Source: Flectonema sp. DT1601
Taxonomy: Eukaryota
Direction of reading: 5' to 3'
Assembly (NCBI GenBank): GCA_964019425.1
Contig: OZ025794.1
Coordinates: 744,001-808,000 of the forward strand
DNA: 64,000 nucleotides
Shown here piece after piece: positions 12,121 through 22,527 of the stretch; position 1 is the first letter of the stretch, and the number at the start of each line of letters is the position of its first letter. A program made the translations under genes and the position numbers. The notes below the pieces were generated by a model. That model did no database searches and had not been told where the DNA came from. It was given only the letters and a program-made list of their open reading frames with translations.

Positions 12121-12933
12121 CTAACTTGACTGAAGGGAGGGAGAGAAACATTTGGAATGTCAGCTGCCAACTAAGAAATACCAACTCTAAGCCTACTTTT
12201 GAATTCTCTTTCTTGACAAACAGAACCCTCTACACAAATGGTACTCACAAAGTTAGATATGACCTCTCTATGAGAACTGTGACTAGTGCGTTAACAGTAA
12301 TTAGAGTACAACAGGTCATAACAGAGAGAACACAAGTCTTAAGAAGATACTAAATTCAATTTGTTGTGAAACTAAAGTGGTTGGTGTCCTCAGCGCAGCT
12401 GATCAAACGACAAAGTTGAACAAAAATAAAAAAAGTGCCTCATAGTTTCTCGAGATCTAAACAAAAGATTTCATAAGTTATATTTACCTACTCGCCGATC
12501 CCTCACATAAGGCAGAAGCTCAGTCATCTCTGACTAAGGGATAAAAAATAATTAGTAAAACAGAAGGAAAAAAAAAGATGGGGGAAACCGCTGCTGCAGT
12601 GATTGCAGCGAGCAGATCGATAATAAAAAGGAAAAAATCAAACAGGCAACCCGATGGAGGCGACGTAGGGGGGCTGGACAGGTCGAAGAACATAAAAAAA
12701 TAAACATAAAAAAGCACAGGATACAAAATAATTGGGAGAAGGATGGAAGAAGAAAAAAAAAAAAAAAAAAACAGCTTTACGATCAGCGTCTACTGCTCAT
12801 CTGTTTTTTTTTTTTTAAATTCTCTCGCAAGTTGACAACACAAAAAAAAACAAAAAAAAAAAACCATCAATTTCACATACTGTAAGTTGTTCACCTTTAG
12901 GTCAGCCATAACTTCAAGTATTCAAATAGACAA

Positions 12934-15900
12934 TCAGGGATTACATCTATTACTAAGACGTAAAGCACTTTCATTAAAATGATCCATTAGTAGTGCTAGC
13001 GCAGCGTTGTCTTGAGCTTTAATAAGTTCTTCAGCATTCTCTGATGACAGTAAGTGAAGAACTTCTCCTTTCATTGTTAAAGAAAGTGTTCCAATCGTTA
13101 ATTCAACTGACTGATTGATTTCTGTTAACCCAGATTCCCATTTACCTCCATCCCACATGATAGCAGCAGCTATTCTATAACTGAACTCATTGTATGGATC
13201 AAGTGCTTTGATTTGATCACAGAGAGGGAGAACTTCATTCACAGAAGTGAAATTCCCTCTTGAGAGTAATTCTTCTAACATTGCTGGCTTTACTTCAATG
13301 ATCATTTTGAGTCCTAAATAGATTTCATCTACAGCACGCTGTTGTTCTCCACTCATGAAGTAGATCTCACTCGCATTACTAAACGGATTAAAGAAGTTGT
13401 AATGAAGGTACGGAAGAAAGTCTTTTGATTTATCAAAGTAAGATAAAGCTTTTGTGTACATCTTACAGCATCTGTAATTGTATCCAACATTATTATAAAT
13501 AATACAATAATGTGAAGGATGAGATGCAAGGTTAACAGCACAAAGTAATACAGAAGTAGATTTATCGAACCTTTGCAGTGATGCTAGAGAGTATGCCAAC
13601 ATTAAATGACATTCAAATTCTTGAGGAAGATTTTGAACTGCTTGGCTGAAGAAGTAGACGGCAGTCTCGCAATCTCGTGCTGCTTCTGAGAGTAAACCTT
13701 CAAAGAATGGTGTCCATAATGGATCACATGAATCTCTAGCTGCTTTACACCAATAGTTCTGAACTACTCTTCTGTTACCAAGTCTGAAGAAGAACTGACT
13801 GACCCTCCAATGAACATGAGGATTTAATGGCTGCAGACATAACCACTGATACAGACTAGCAGCCTTATCAACATGACCATTCCGAGAATAGAAATTCTGA
13901 TGCAACTTCTCAGCAGATGGTATCGGAAGATTGTAATTTGACAACATTCGTTTTGCCATTTCATTGAGGGGTTGGAATAGGAGACAGGCACAGAGATCTC
14001 TGATTGCTCTCCTCGCTGAACCTATTTGTTGATAGTAGAGAGCTCGTTGCAGAAGATCTGATGGATGACAATTAAAATTAATGGACTTTGTTAACGTTCC
14101 AATAGCTGCCCGACAGTCTCCGAGATCACAATGAATCGCAGCTTTTAGCTGGTGAAGTGGAGAACTCTTGGGAGACTTTCTCAAAGCACACTCTACTTCA
14201 AATAATGACATCCCAACACTCGCTAATGAAGTTGCAATAGCTGCATGATCTCGGTAGTATAATGATCTCTGTTTACTAGTCTCTTCGTCTATCGGTTCTA
14301 AGAAAGATTTCAGTATAGACCTCGCTTTCATAATCCCTTCCTTGTAATTACTACTTTCAAACTGATATAATTTTGCCAACCAATTTACAGCAGTGCTACT
14401 TCCAGTTATTTTATAAGAAATTTCAAAGTGGTGGATGGCTTCTTGATAGTTCCTACTGATTGCTAAACATTGGGCTAATTGAAGTGATACCTGACTTTGG
14501 ATAAAATCATTTGAACGATCTCCATCACTTGTTACGAGTAAGACATTAGCTTGTTGCAATAGTTGTGTTGCTTCGCTAACGGGATAACAAAGACTCAAAT
14601 GATAAAGGCATGTCGGACAGTCACTGTCAGGGATGTCATCACTTGACGGAAGTTGATTCTGTTGTTGGTATTCTCTGTTGCTTATTAAATGATCAGATTT
14701 TTTACTTATTTCCTGTTCAATATTTGCTGCCGAAGAAAGTTCTTTTAAAAATTGATAAGGTTGTTTAGTATCAAGTTGGGTTGATTGACAGCAGGCACAA
14801 TTCTTATCATTTTCAATATCTTGTCTTCGACTGTATTGACTAGCCAATTCATCACTGATACCACAGAGAGTCGATAAAAAAGGAAATCGACTACTACTGT
14901 TGTCGCTAACATGGTCATCATCATCGTTATGTTTGTGACATCTCATAGCTTTTATAAAATGTTTTCTTGCTACGTCCCATTGAGAGTGAATAACCGCTAC
15001 TGATCCCTTACATAAATAGAAGTCATGTAGTGTACTACTCCTCTCTCCACCTTGCTGATAGATATCTGTGGCAAGGTGTAATCCTTCTTCGTCGTCAATT
15101 GGTTGGGTTGATTGATTAATTAGGACATCACTCAAAGATTCACATGCCTGTGGTCTGAGATACTTGTTTATTAATAAAGAGATTTCTGATGGTAATTCCT
15201 TTCCATTAAACAAAACTGATCTCAGAACCCACTTATGGAATAATGGAGAGGCAACAGGTGACTTGACGGAAGAATCAAAAATCAAATACTGAGATATCAT
15301 CTGAAGAGGCTTGACTGATAAATTCAACACAGAATTGTATTCATCTTGTTGGATTTCACTCTCTTGTTCTTTGCGAGTTAATAACCATTTTATAAATATA
15401 ACATCGCCAGTAGTGTTATTTTGATCCAAACCAGACAACAGATTACTATGTGAAGCTGATCGTTCACAGTAAGGCGATTCTATTAAATTACAACGAGCGA
15501 TCTTTTGCATTGTTTGATTTGATGAATTCATTATATAGGAACCTCTCCCTAGTAACGGAACAGATCCTATACCTGACAGTAAGACATGACGATACCAATA
15601 AGGTAAATGAGTATCACCATAGTCTTCTATAAGTGATAACAATATTCCAGATTGCGACAGTCTGTTTAACTTCCTTTCATGAGGTAACAACTGATTGTTA
15701 ATAACATAAGTAACATGTTCAGGGGGAGGAATAAATTTGCAATTGTTTTTATTTGCCAATGCCCTTTTTGATTGAAGACGAAGAACAACATCAATAACGC
15801 GTTGATTATCACTCCAGCTCCATACAGCTGACCCAACTGATGTTGAATTAGAAGAAGCTCTGGCAGCAGAACTACTGACGGGAGCGTGTTTCAATATTCT

Positions 15901-16647
15901 ACGTAGGCGCTCCAGTGTTAAGCAACGAGGACCTCTCGCTTCTGTTAAGAGTTGCTTTACCATTTTTGATTCTTCTTTTTTTGAAGGATGTCGGTTAGCG
16001 ATTTCAGTAATTGCAGCGAGGCTGTCTTCAAGTGTCGAATCATTGACTTTCTTACAACATGCGAAGGGCCAAGTGATTACTGAACCGTCACTGTGAAGTA
16101 GTCGCAGAGTTTGATAATAAAAAGATTGATTGTTAGGACCTGATTGTTTATTCTCAACTATAGCTACTTCACCAGCATATCTGTGTAAGTCTTCAGACCA
16201 TTGGGCACTACCAGGTGTTACTGACATTGCAATCCTCAATGCTGCTACGTTCTTTGTTATTTCATAGCAGTCGCCTGGTGACAAGACCGGTTCCAACTCC
16301 ATCGGAACCGACGTTTTCCGTTTTTGATCGATATCTGTAATTATCTCACAATACTCCGCCATCTTAAACAGTCCTGGAAGCACCGCAACGTGGCAAGATT
16401 GCATCGTGTCTTGTTTTATTTTATTGTAATAAAGAGTTTGAGTGTTGTTGTCATAGCGCAGGCTTGTTATTTGTTCTTCTGTGTATTCAGAACGTCTGTA
16501 AAGTTTCTTATTGTCTTCTCGGTACCACACAATCCCACCTGAGGTGGTTGCGTACATAATACTGTTTGGAAAGTCGTTTCTTGTGGGGATGTTATCAGTC
16601 ATGCTTCGGATGTGTTCACCTCCGACATTTTTAAATTGAAGCCCCAT
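12934..16647 (-). CDS. large TPR-repeat protein with N-terminal Mind-bomb REP(SH3)-like module
   Basis: Long ORF, first ATG (MGLQF) at 16647; multiple TPR-like helices in the C-terminal half (e.g. YNNVGYNYRCCKMYTKALSYFDKS, LLQRALYYQQIGSARRAIRDL). Confidence 0.85.
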   Translation of the reverse strand: MGLQFKNVGGEHIRSMTDNIPTRNDFPNSIMYATTSGGIVWYREDNKKLYRRSEYTEEQITSLRYDNNTQTLYYNKIKQDTMQSCHVAVLPGLFKMAEYCEIITDIDQKRKTSVPMELEPVLSPGDCYEITKNVAALRIAMSVTPGSAQWSEDLHRYAGEVAIVENKQSGPNNQSFYYQTLRLLHSDGSVITWPFACCKKVNDSTLEDSLAAITEIANRHPSKKEESKMVKQLLTEARGPRCLTLERLRRILKHAPVSSSAARASSNSTSVGSAVWSWSDNQRVIDVVLRLQSKRALANKNNCKFIPPPEHVTYVINNQLLPHERKLNRLSQSGILLSLIEDYGDTHLPYWYRHVLLSGIGSVPLLGRGSYIMNSSNQTMQKIARCNLIESPYCERSASHSNLLSGLDQNNTTGDVIFIKWLLTRKEQESEIQQDEYNSVLNLSVKPLQMISQYLIFDSSVKSPVASPLFHKWVLRSVLFNGKELPSEISLLINKYLRPQACESLSDVLINQSTQPIDDEEGLHLATDIYQQGGERSSTLHDFYLCKGSVAVIHSQWDVARKHFIKAMRCHKHNDDDDHVSDNSSSRFPFLSTLCGISDELASQYSRRQDIENDKNCACCQSTQLDTKQPYQFLKELSSAANIEQEISKKSDHLISNREYQQQNQLPSSDDIPDSDCPTCLYHLSLCYPVSEATQLLQQANVLLVTSDGDRSNDFIQSQVSLQLAQCLAISRNYQEAIHHFEISYKITGSSTAVNWLAKLYQFESSNYKEGIMKARSILKSFLEPIDEETSKQRSLYYRDHAAIATSLASVGMSLFEVECALRKSPKSSPLHQLKAAIHCDLGDCRAAIGTLTKSINFNCHPSDLLQRALYYQQIGSARRAIRDLCACLLFQPLNEMAKRMLSNYNLPIPSAEKLHQNFYSRNGHVDKAASLYQWLCLQPLNPHVHWRVSQFFFRLGNRRVVQNYWCKAARDSCDPLWTPFFEGLLSEAARDCETAVYFFSQAVQNLPQEFECHLMLAYSLASLQRFDKSTSVLLCAVNLASHPSHYCIIYNNVGYNYRCCKMYTKALSYFDKSKDFLPYLHYNFFNPFSNASEIYFMSGEQQRAVDEIYLGLKMIIEVKPAMLEELLSRGNFTSVNEVLPLCDQIKALDPYNEFSYRIAAAIMWDGGKWESGLTEINQSVELTIGTLSLTMKGEVLHLLSSENAEELIKAQDNAALALLMDHFNESALRLSNRCNP

Positions 16648-16940
16648 TGGGGCACTCCCCACAACCAGTTCTGAGAAATAATTTAACAATTTTGAGAACA
16701 CACAATAAGAGGTAGCTGACCCTGTTGAAACAATTCCAGCAGTATTAAAGTAGATACGAAAACTATTGATCTGTAAAAGAATTCCCCTCGACCTCTCAGT
16801 TAGGAAAGTTGCGGAGGTCAGAGTAGGAATTTCAAAAAAAAATAGAAAAACAACCTTCACAGTGATGTGATTTTCCTTTTTTCATTGGATAAGACTTACA
16901 AAATAAAATATATCGGGAATCGGGGAGGGGGTGTTTGATT

Positions 16941-18017
16941 TTATTTACACCTTCTGGAAGATTTCTCTTTACGTTTATTAATTATGGTTCTGATGTCTGT
17001 GATTGTTACCTTACAATCTCCAGTAAAGACTACTTCATCATCGATGTCTTCATCTTCTTTATTTTTAACAATTCGAGATGATGTAGCGAATCCAGATCTT
17101 CCTTCAGTTCCCCACAAACTAATAAAACCATCCTCACCTCCAGTAAACATCTTTGGTAGTGTTGGATGTGTGAGAACAAAACGAACCAAGTCAGAGTGTC
17201 CTCCTTTTTGAATTTCGCATTGATCCAACCCAACAGTTTGACCCAAAGGAGCTATTAACATTTCACCATAACGATGTTCATTACCTTCTCCTTTAACACC
17301 CCATAAAACTTGATCAGATCCCAGAGGACCAATTATATAAAGAGATTCATCTGGTCTTTCATGACAGTGAATGGAGTCACCAGATTCAAGGCATCCCACA
17401 AGAAGACCTTCAGTAGAAGTAGTTGCAACAATTCTCGTATTAGTTGTAAAAGTAATTGTGTTTATTGGATTATTACAATTGTAGATCCAAAGAGTCGCAT
17501 CATCTTCAGGAGCAGTGGCATCCGAAACGATAAGAAGACCATCTTCACCTCCTGTTGCAATCATGTTTGGTTGTGTTGGATGAAATCTAACTCTTGTTGT
17601 GACGTCTGTGTGAAATCCTTCAAATTTGTTTGCTGGTTTTGAGAAATCTCTAACATCAAAAATAAGAACATCAACTCCGTCACCAACAGCGAGCATCGTC
17701 CCATCACAGTTCACATCAATTGAAGTGAATCCGTCACTTGATCTCAATCCAAGATTAGTACTCGTTCCTGCTTTGCAGTCCCATCGAAGTACATTTCCAG
17801 AGTCACAAGTAACCATGACATTCGCGTCGTTAGTAAATCTCATGTCAGTTACAAATTCGTGTCCCTTTAATTCACCAACAAATGAAAGACCTTCTTGTTT
17901 ATAAAGTTTAACTCCTCCGTTACTGTTGGACGCCGCAATTAGATCTCCAGCAAAAGCACCGTCGAGTAAATAGCATTCGTCTTCGTAGACGGTCTTGGCA
18001 CGCGATTCCAGTTTCAT
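16941..18017 (-). CDS. WDR89: WD40-repeat protein, WDR89-like
   Basis: GH...W[DG] repeats; FHTDVTTRVRFHPTQPNMIATGGEDGL and GGHSDLVRFV...TGGEDGFISLW resemble WDR89 repeats. Confidence 0.7.
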   Translation of the reverse strand: MKLESRAKTVYEDECYLLDGAFAGDLIAASNSNGGVKLYKQEGLSFVGELKGHEFVTDMRFTNDANVMVTCDSGNVLRWDCKAGTSTNLGLRSSDGFTSIDVNCDGTMLAVGDGVDVLIFDVRDFSKPANKFEGFHTDVTTRVRFHPTQPNMIATGGEDGLLIVSDATAPEDDATLWIYNCNNPINTITFTTNTRIVATTSTEGLLVGCLESGDSIHCHERPDESLYIIGPLGSDQVLWGVKGEGNEHRYGEMLIAPLGQTVGLDQCEIQKGGHSDLVRFVLTHPTLPKMFTGGEDGFISLWGTEGRSGFATSSRIVKNKEDEDIDDEVVFTGDCKVTITDIRTIINKRKEKSSRRCK

Positions 18018-18873
18018 ATTTGTTATTTGTCTTTTGTTTTAGAAGATACTGCGGAAAGGAAATAATTGCTAATTCTCAAACCTAACGAACACTAAAAACT
18101 ATCATGAGAGAGATCGAACGAACAGAACAACAGCTGACGAGGAATCAAAAGGAGAGACATTGGAAAAGTAAACAAACACCTCTCTCGACCTGAACTAATT
18201 TATAAAGAAAACTACAATCTGAGAAAGGTAAACAAAATTCTAAAAAAAAAAATTAAATGGCGGAGGCATTACCTTCACACGACATTAAGTCACAGTGAAT
18301 CTCCCAACATCAAAAAGCAGATATTTTATGACACTCGCAAAATGTACAATAAGACAACCTGATCACAAAGATGTGTCCTATTGCAAACAAGTTTATTGCA
18401 TCGACTGTGGGATGGAGAATAAGTAATTAGTGAGGCTACACTCATCCCAGGACGAATCCCCACAAGACTGACCGTTTCATTATTAACATAGTCGCCTGAC
18501 TTGGGATGGGAAGCTACCACAACTGAGGGAAGTTAATAAGATTCGCGTAAAATAAAATAAAAATGAACTAAAAAAAGGGAATTAGCAAACAATCTCTCCT
18601 ATTGATCAACCAGCGAAGTATATACTGTGGAACATGTGCTGCTAATATTCCCTTACTACATGATGTAAGAAAATTCCAATAAATTACCAAATCGACAATA
18701 TCAATCGGGTAGACGAGGAAATGCAAAATCGTAATCAAACTAACGGAAGATGCGCAACTAACACGCAATCGGCATTCTACTTCTTATGTAGTTGGGAGGA
18801 AATACTCCTTCAAGATTTGTTCGTCTTTGCTTAGGGACAAAGCAAGAAATGGAAAGAAAGGACTCAGAGGAGC

Positions 18874-18908
<35 letters not shown>

Positions 18909-19032
18909 CCATTCAGATTAGCCTTATATTTCGATGACGCTGACAGAATCCTGTCGCACGAGGAAATAAATCATGACCATAAGATATCACGGCTTTCAAT
19001 CTGAATAGTTTCTTCTTTTACTACGTAGGTAC
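18909..19032. ncRNA. candidate structured RNA or small dispersed element, copy 1
   Basis: ~85% identical to 53912-54038 by manual alignment; nested inverted repeats; family unknown. Confidence 0.55.
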
Positions 19033-20157
19033 AACAAAAAACAAAAAAATTAATAAAAAATCAAGACAACCGAAGAATGTCAAAACTATATCTACGACAC
19101 ATCGCTGGTCGGTCTACAAACAGACCAGGAAACAGTAAAGTGGATTAGATCAATTGAAAGAAGGAACCATCGTAAAGACGTAAAGTCATCCATCTGACTC
19201 GGATCAGAACAACTGACTTGATTACGTCAAATAGTTTATAATCAGTTTTTAAATGATAATTGTTGCGTCAGTTGAGGTTCGGTGACCCCTACCGTCTTAT
19301 CACAGAAAGTGTCAGGTGCAAGACTCAGCAGCAGTCGGTGGCTTGCTCGCGTCGGAAAACAAAACAGTAAGAACCCATCCAGGACTGATAAGCAAAAACC
19401 CCATTGTCGACTTGACAACTGAGAAAAATCATTTCATATTTAGCGCTGCTACCAACGCAAACGACGTCACTGCTGCACAGTACAAGATCAAGGGAACAGA
19501 AACAAACAAAAGAAAAGAGGGAAGAAAAAAGAATGGACACGCCATCATAACTAAAAGAAATGATCGTCGGCAACAAAAAAGACAAAAAAAAAAAAAAGAT
19601 ACAATATACACAACAAAACGGAATTAACTTATTCTTTTTTAAAAAGGTAAACCTGATTTAGTAAAAATATCTTAAAAAGAATTTTTGTTTTTATGCGTAG
19701 TGAAAACGAATTATAATTGGGCCGCAAAAAGATGCAAAAAAAAAAAAAAAAAATTAAGAAATCTCAGCCTATTTCCTCGATGGGTTAAATAAACCGGATT
19801 ATCCGTTAACCTACACACAAAAATGTATTCTGAACGAAACGATGGTGAAAACCATCACAATTTTTATCCAACAGACTGATAGTACGTATCAAGGTCAAAG
19901 GCTTAACCCCCACGTATAACAGTGGCAAAACAGCTGTATATATAGTCAACACTCATAACGTGTTAGGAAATAATTTGTTACAAGGCTACGAAAAGGGGTT
20001 GTTTGCAATAGTTTAACAATACCTGTTTGGTTACAGATTGTATGAAATATTTCTTTTTAACCAACAGAGATCGCTGTTGTTTCTTACTCCTTCCATGACT
20101 TACAATGAGATCCCTCTGCTGGGACTCACTCGCTTATTGGTACAAAATTTAAAGGGC

Positions 20158-20188
<31 letters not shown>

Positions 20189-20885
20189 CTTCTTTCGGTG
20201 ATTTGGAACTCTGCAACCTGTGAAACAATCTCTTTTTTTATACAGTCAAAATTATATTTTTTTTGCGACCAAAAAAAAAAACACTTCCTTTCTCGATTTA
20301 GGTGACAAGTATGTCAACCCCCCGATTTCGGGCGGAAATGAACCGAACGCAAAAAATTTTGACTGATATAATATATATTTTTTTAAATGATGATTTACCC
20401 CCCTCGAAACAACTCTTCCATTAAATCAGACAGAGTCAACCGAGTGAGAGGATATTCATTTTATGTTATCTATTGAAGTTTTCGGATGTTTTTTTTTTAT
20501 CTTTATGTTGGTTTGTTTATTGCAAGAACGAAAGCACATATAAAAAAAATTTAAAAAAAAAAAAAAAGGACGATGGAAGGATATAATAACAAAATAAAAA
20601 CAAACACTACGAACTATGCTATGCCTGCACAGTCATTGTTCGATATGTGAGATGTTGACAGTTTTCTTGGTAGAGAAGAGAATCCGCTTAGCGCTTCACT
20701 TTTTACTTTTTATTACTCGCATGTTATCTTGTTTGACAACAGGGAAGTGACGCTTTTACAATTCTCTTTTCTACCAAAGGACAAAAAAATAGAGGCATTG
20801 AATCAGATTCACAAAATCGTAAGCAATGTTTTTGGAATTGATGCTGACGGAGGGTCAACTAGAGTCGTCTGATCTCAGTTTGTGA

Positions 20886-21743
20886 TTACATTGGTGACGA
20901 AGGTTTACTTCTGATACCACTGAATGCTGTTATAGTTGGTGAAGGTGGATTCAAATCAGAAAAAGGAATGCTATTCGGTTCCTGAATAGCATTCAACTCC
21001 ATCGAACGTCGTTGCAACAAACGAGCCGTCGCAGACGTTTCCGAAAGCTGTGACAACTTCGATGCTGACAGACGAGGATTATTATTATACGTTGGCGGTG
21101 CTGAAGGAAACGACGTAAACGACCGAACCGAACTTCTACTCCCAAGCTTCGAAGACACTGATGAGGAATGAAATGAAGGAATTGCTGCTGCTCTTGATGT
21201 AAACTTATTGATACTCACCTTCGATACAAAGCTATCCTTTTTACTACCACAGGAACTAAATTTTCTTTCCTTATTGTTGTTGCAGGTACTATTCGAAACA
21301 CTAGAGTTTGAAGCATTGCTGTTAATGGTTGCGGCTTCTTGTGGGAATGTATTTAATAAGTTAGAATGAACTGTTGAAGTTGACAACACAGAAGCTGACC
21401 TACTGTAATAACCACCTGTTGATGAAGAGTATGAAGGAATATAACCATTCGGTGAACATGAACGGACTCTGGTACTAGCGTTCATTACTTTCCCTCGTCC
21501 CATTATTTTCTTTATCTGTCGATTTAGTAGTGCACGTTGTACTCTTTGTAAATTTTCTAAGAGTTTTGTCCTACCGACCCATTCTTGTTGTTGCATCAAT
21601 GTGCGGAGTTCCTCCTCTTCAACTACAGCCATTTCGATAGCGCTAGATTCCAACATAGTTGCTAAGTTGCGCATCGCCCCGATACGAGATCTGGCTTTTT
21701 CGTAGCTGCAGATGAAGTCACACCTCGGACTGCTTGTAAGCAT
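20886..21743 (-). CDS. hypothetical Ser-rich protein, 285 aa, N-terminal coiled-coil-like helix
   Basis: ATG-initiated ORF after pyrimidine-rich CTTCTTCTTCAG; low-complexity Ser-rich C-terminal two thirds. Confidence 0.75.
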   Translation of the reverse strand: MLTSSPRCDFICSYEKARSRIGAMRNLATMLESSAIEMAVVEEEELRTLMQQQEWVGRTKLLENLQRVQRALLNRQIKKIMGRGKVMNASTRVRSCSPNGYIPSYSSSTGGYYSRSASVLSTSTVHSNLLNTFPQEAATINSNASNSSVSNSTCNNNKERKFSSCGSKKDSFVSKVSINKFTSRAAAIPSFHSSSVSSKLGSRSSVRSFTSFPSAPPTYNNNPRLSASKLSQLSETSATARLLQRRSMELNAIQEPNSIPFSDLNPPSPTITAFSGIRSKPSSPM

Positions 21744-22527
21744 TACCTTAAGAATCCTGAAGAAGAAGAAGATATGATTTGAAATAAGTGGTCACACTTC
21801 TGAATGAGTCTTCATCGGAGTCAGTGGTCCCACTTCCAAATGTGTCTAATTTTATCTACAAAATGAAAATCAATTAACTATTTCACATAATATGGAATGA
21901 CAATATCAAAGCAACAGACGCACTGAAAAAATCAAAAGAATAAAAAGAATTGAACTGCGGTAGCGGAAATTCCTCTCCTTCTTATTGTTTTGTTATAGCT
22001 GCTTACTTAGAACACAATTAACACTTCGTGTCTTTTTATCTTGAACGTTAGCAAATGTGAGGAAGAATTAGTGAGCAATTGAGATCGAAAAAACCATAAC
22101 AGCCATCAGCGAGCAGACAAGAAAAGGAAAATCTCTTCTTCTCAATTTTCGCTAATGAAGTTGTAGTTTACTATCCCTGAAAAGACTCCGAAAAACGCAA
22201 AAGGTGTTGCATTCACGAATGACAAGCAGCACCCAGGCGTAGTTCGCAGTCAAAAAAAAACTAAAGAATAAACTAAATTACTACAGAGCCCTTGTGAGCT
22301 TGAAGAAGACAACCTGACTCGTCTATCAACTCTGTGTAAACGTTGGTTACAACTGTCGTTAGCTGCAAATCGAAGGGAGGAAGAAAAGCAATAACACAAT
22401 GGAAAGGAAATAGTAAGTGCCAGAATGAGAATCTTCTTGCTTCGCGTCATAAGTGATTCTCGCAAACCCGCAAACCCGCGACGTCGGGCTTTTTCAAAAA
22501 CTTGAGTTATCAAATAATTGACAACAT

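Noticed and set aside
16955..17010. Possible 56-nt terminal intron in the WD40 gene (AAG|GTAACA...TTCCAG)
   Set aside because: Not needed to keep the frame, shorter than the other introns, donor off-consensus
18909..19032. Assignment of the element as C/D or H/ACA snoRNA, U5 snRNA, hammerhead or group II intron domain V
   Set aside because: Box-C-like CGATGA and U5-like CTTTTACTA occur only in copy 1 and an ACA box only in copy 2; no CUGANGA/GAAA core or domain V geometry
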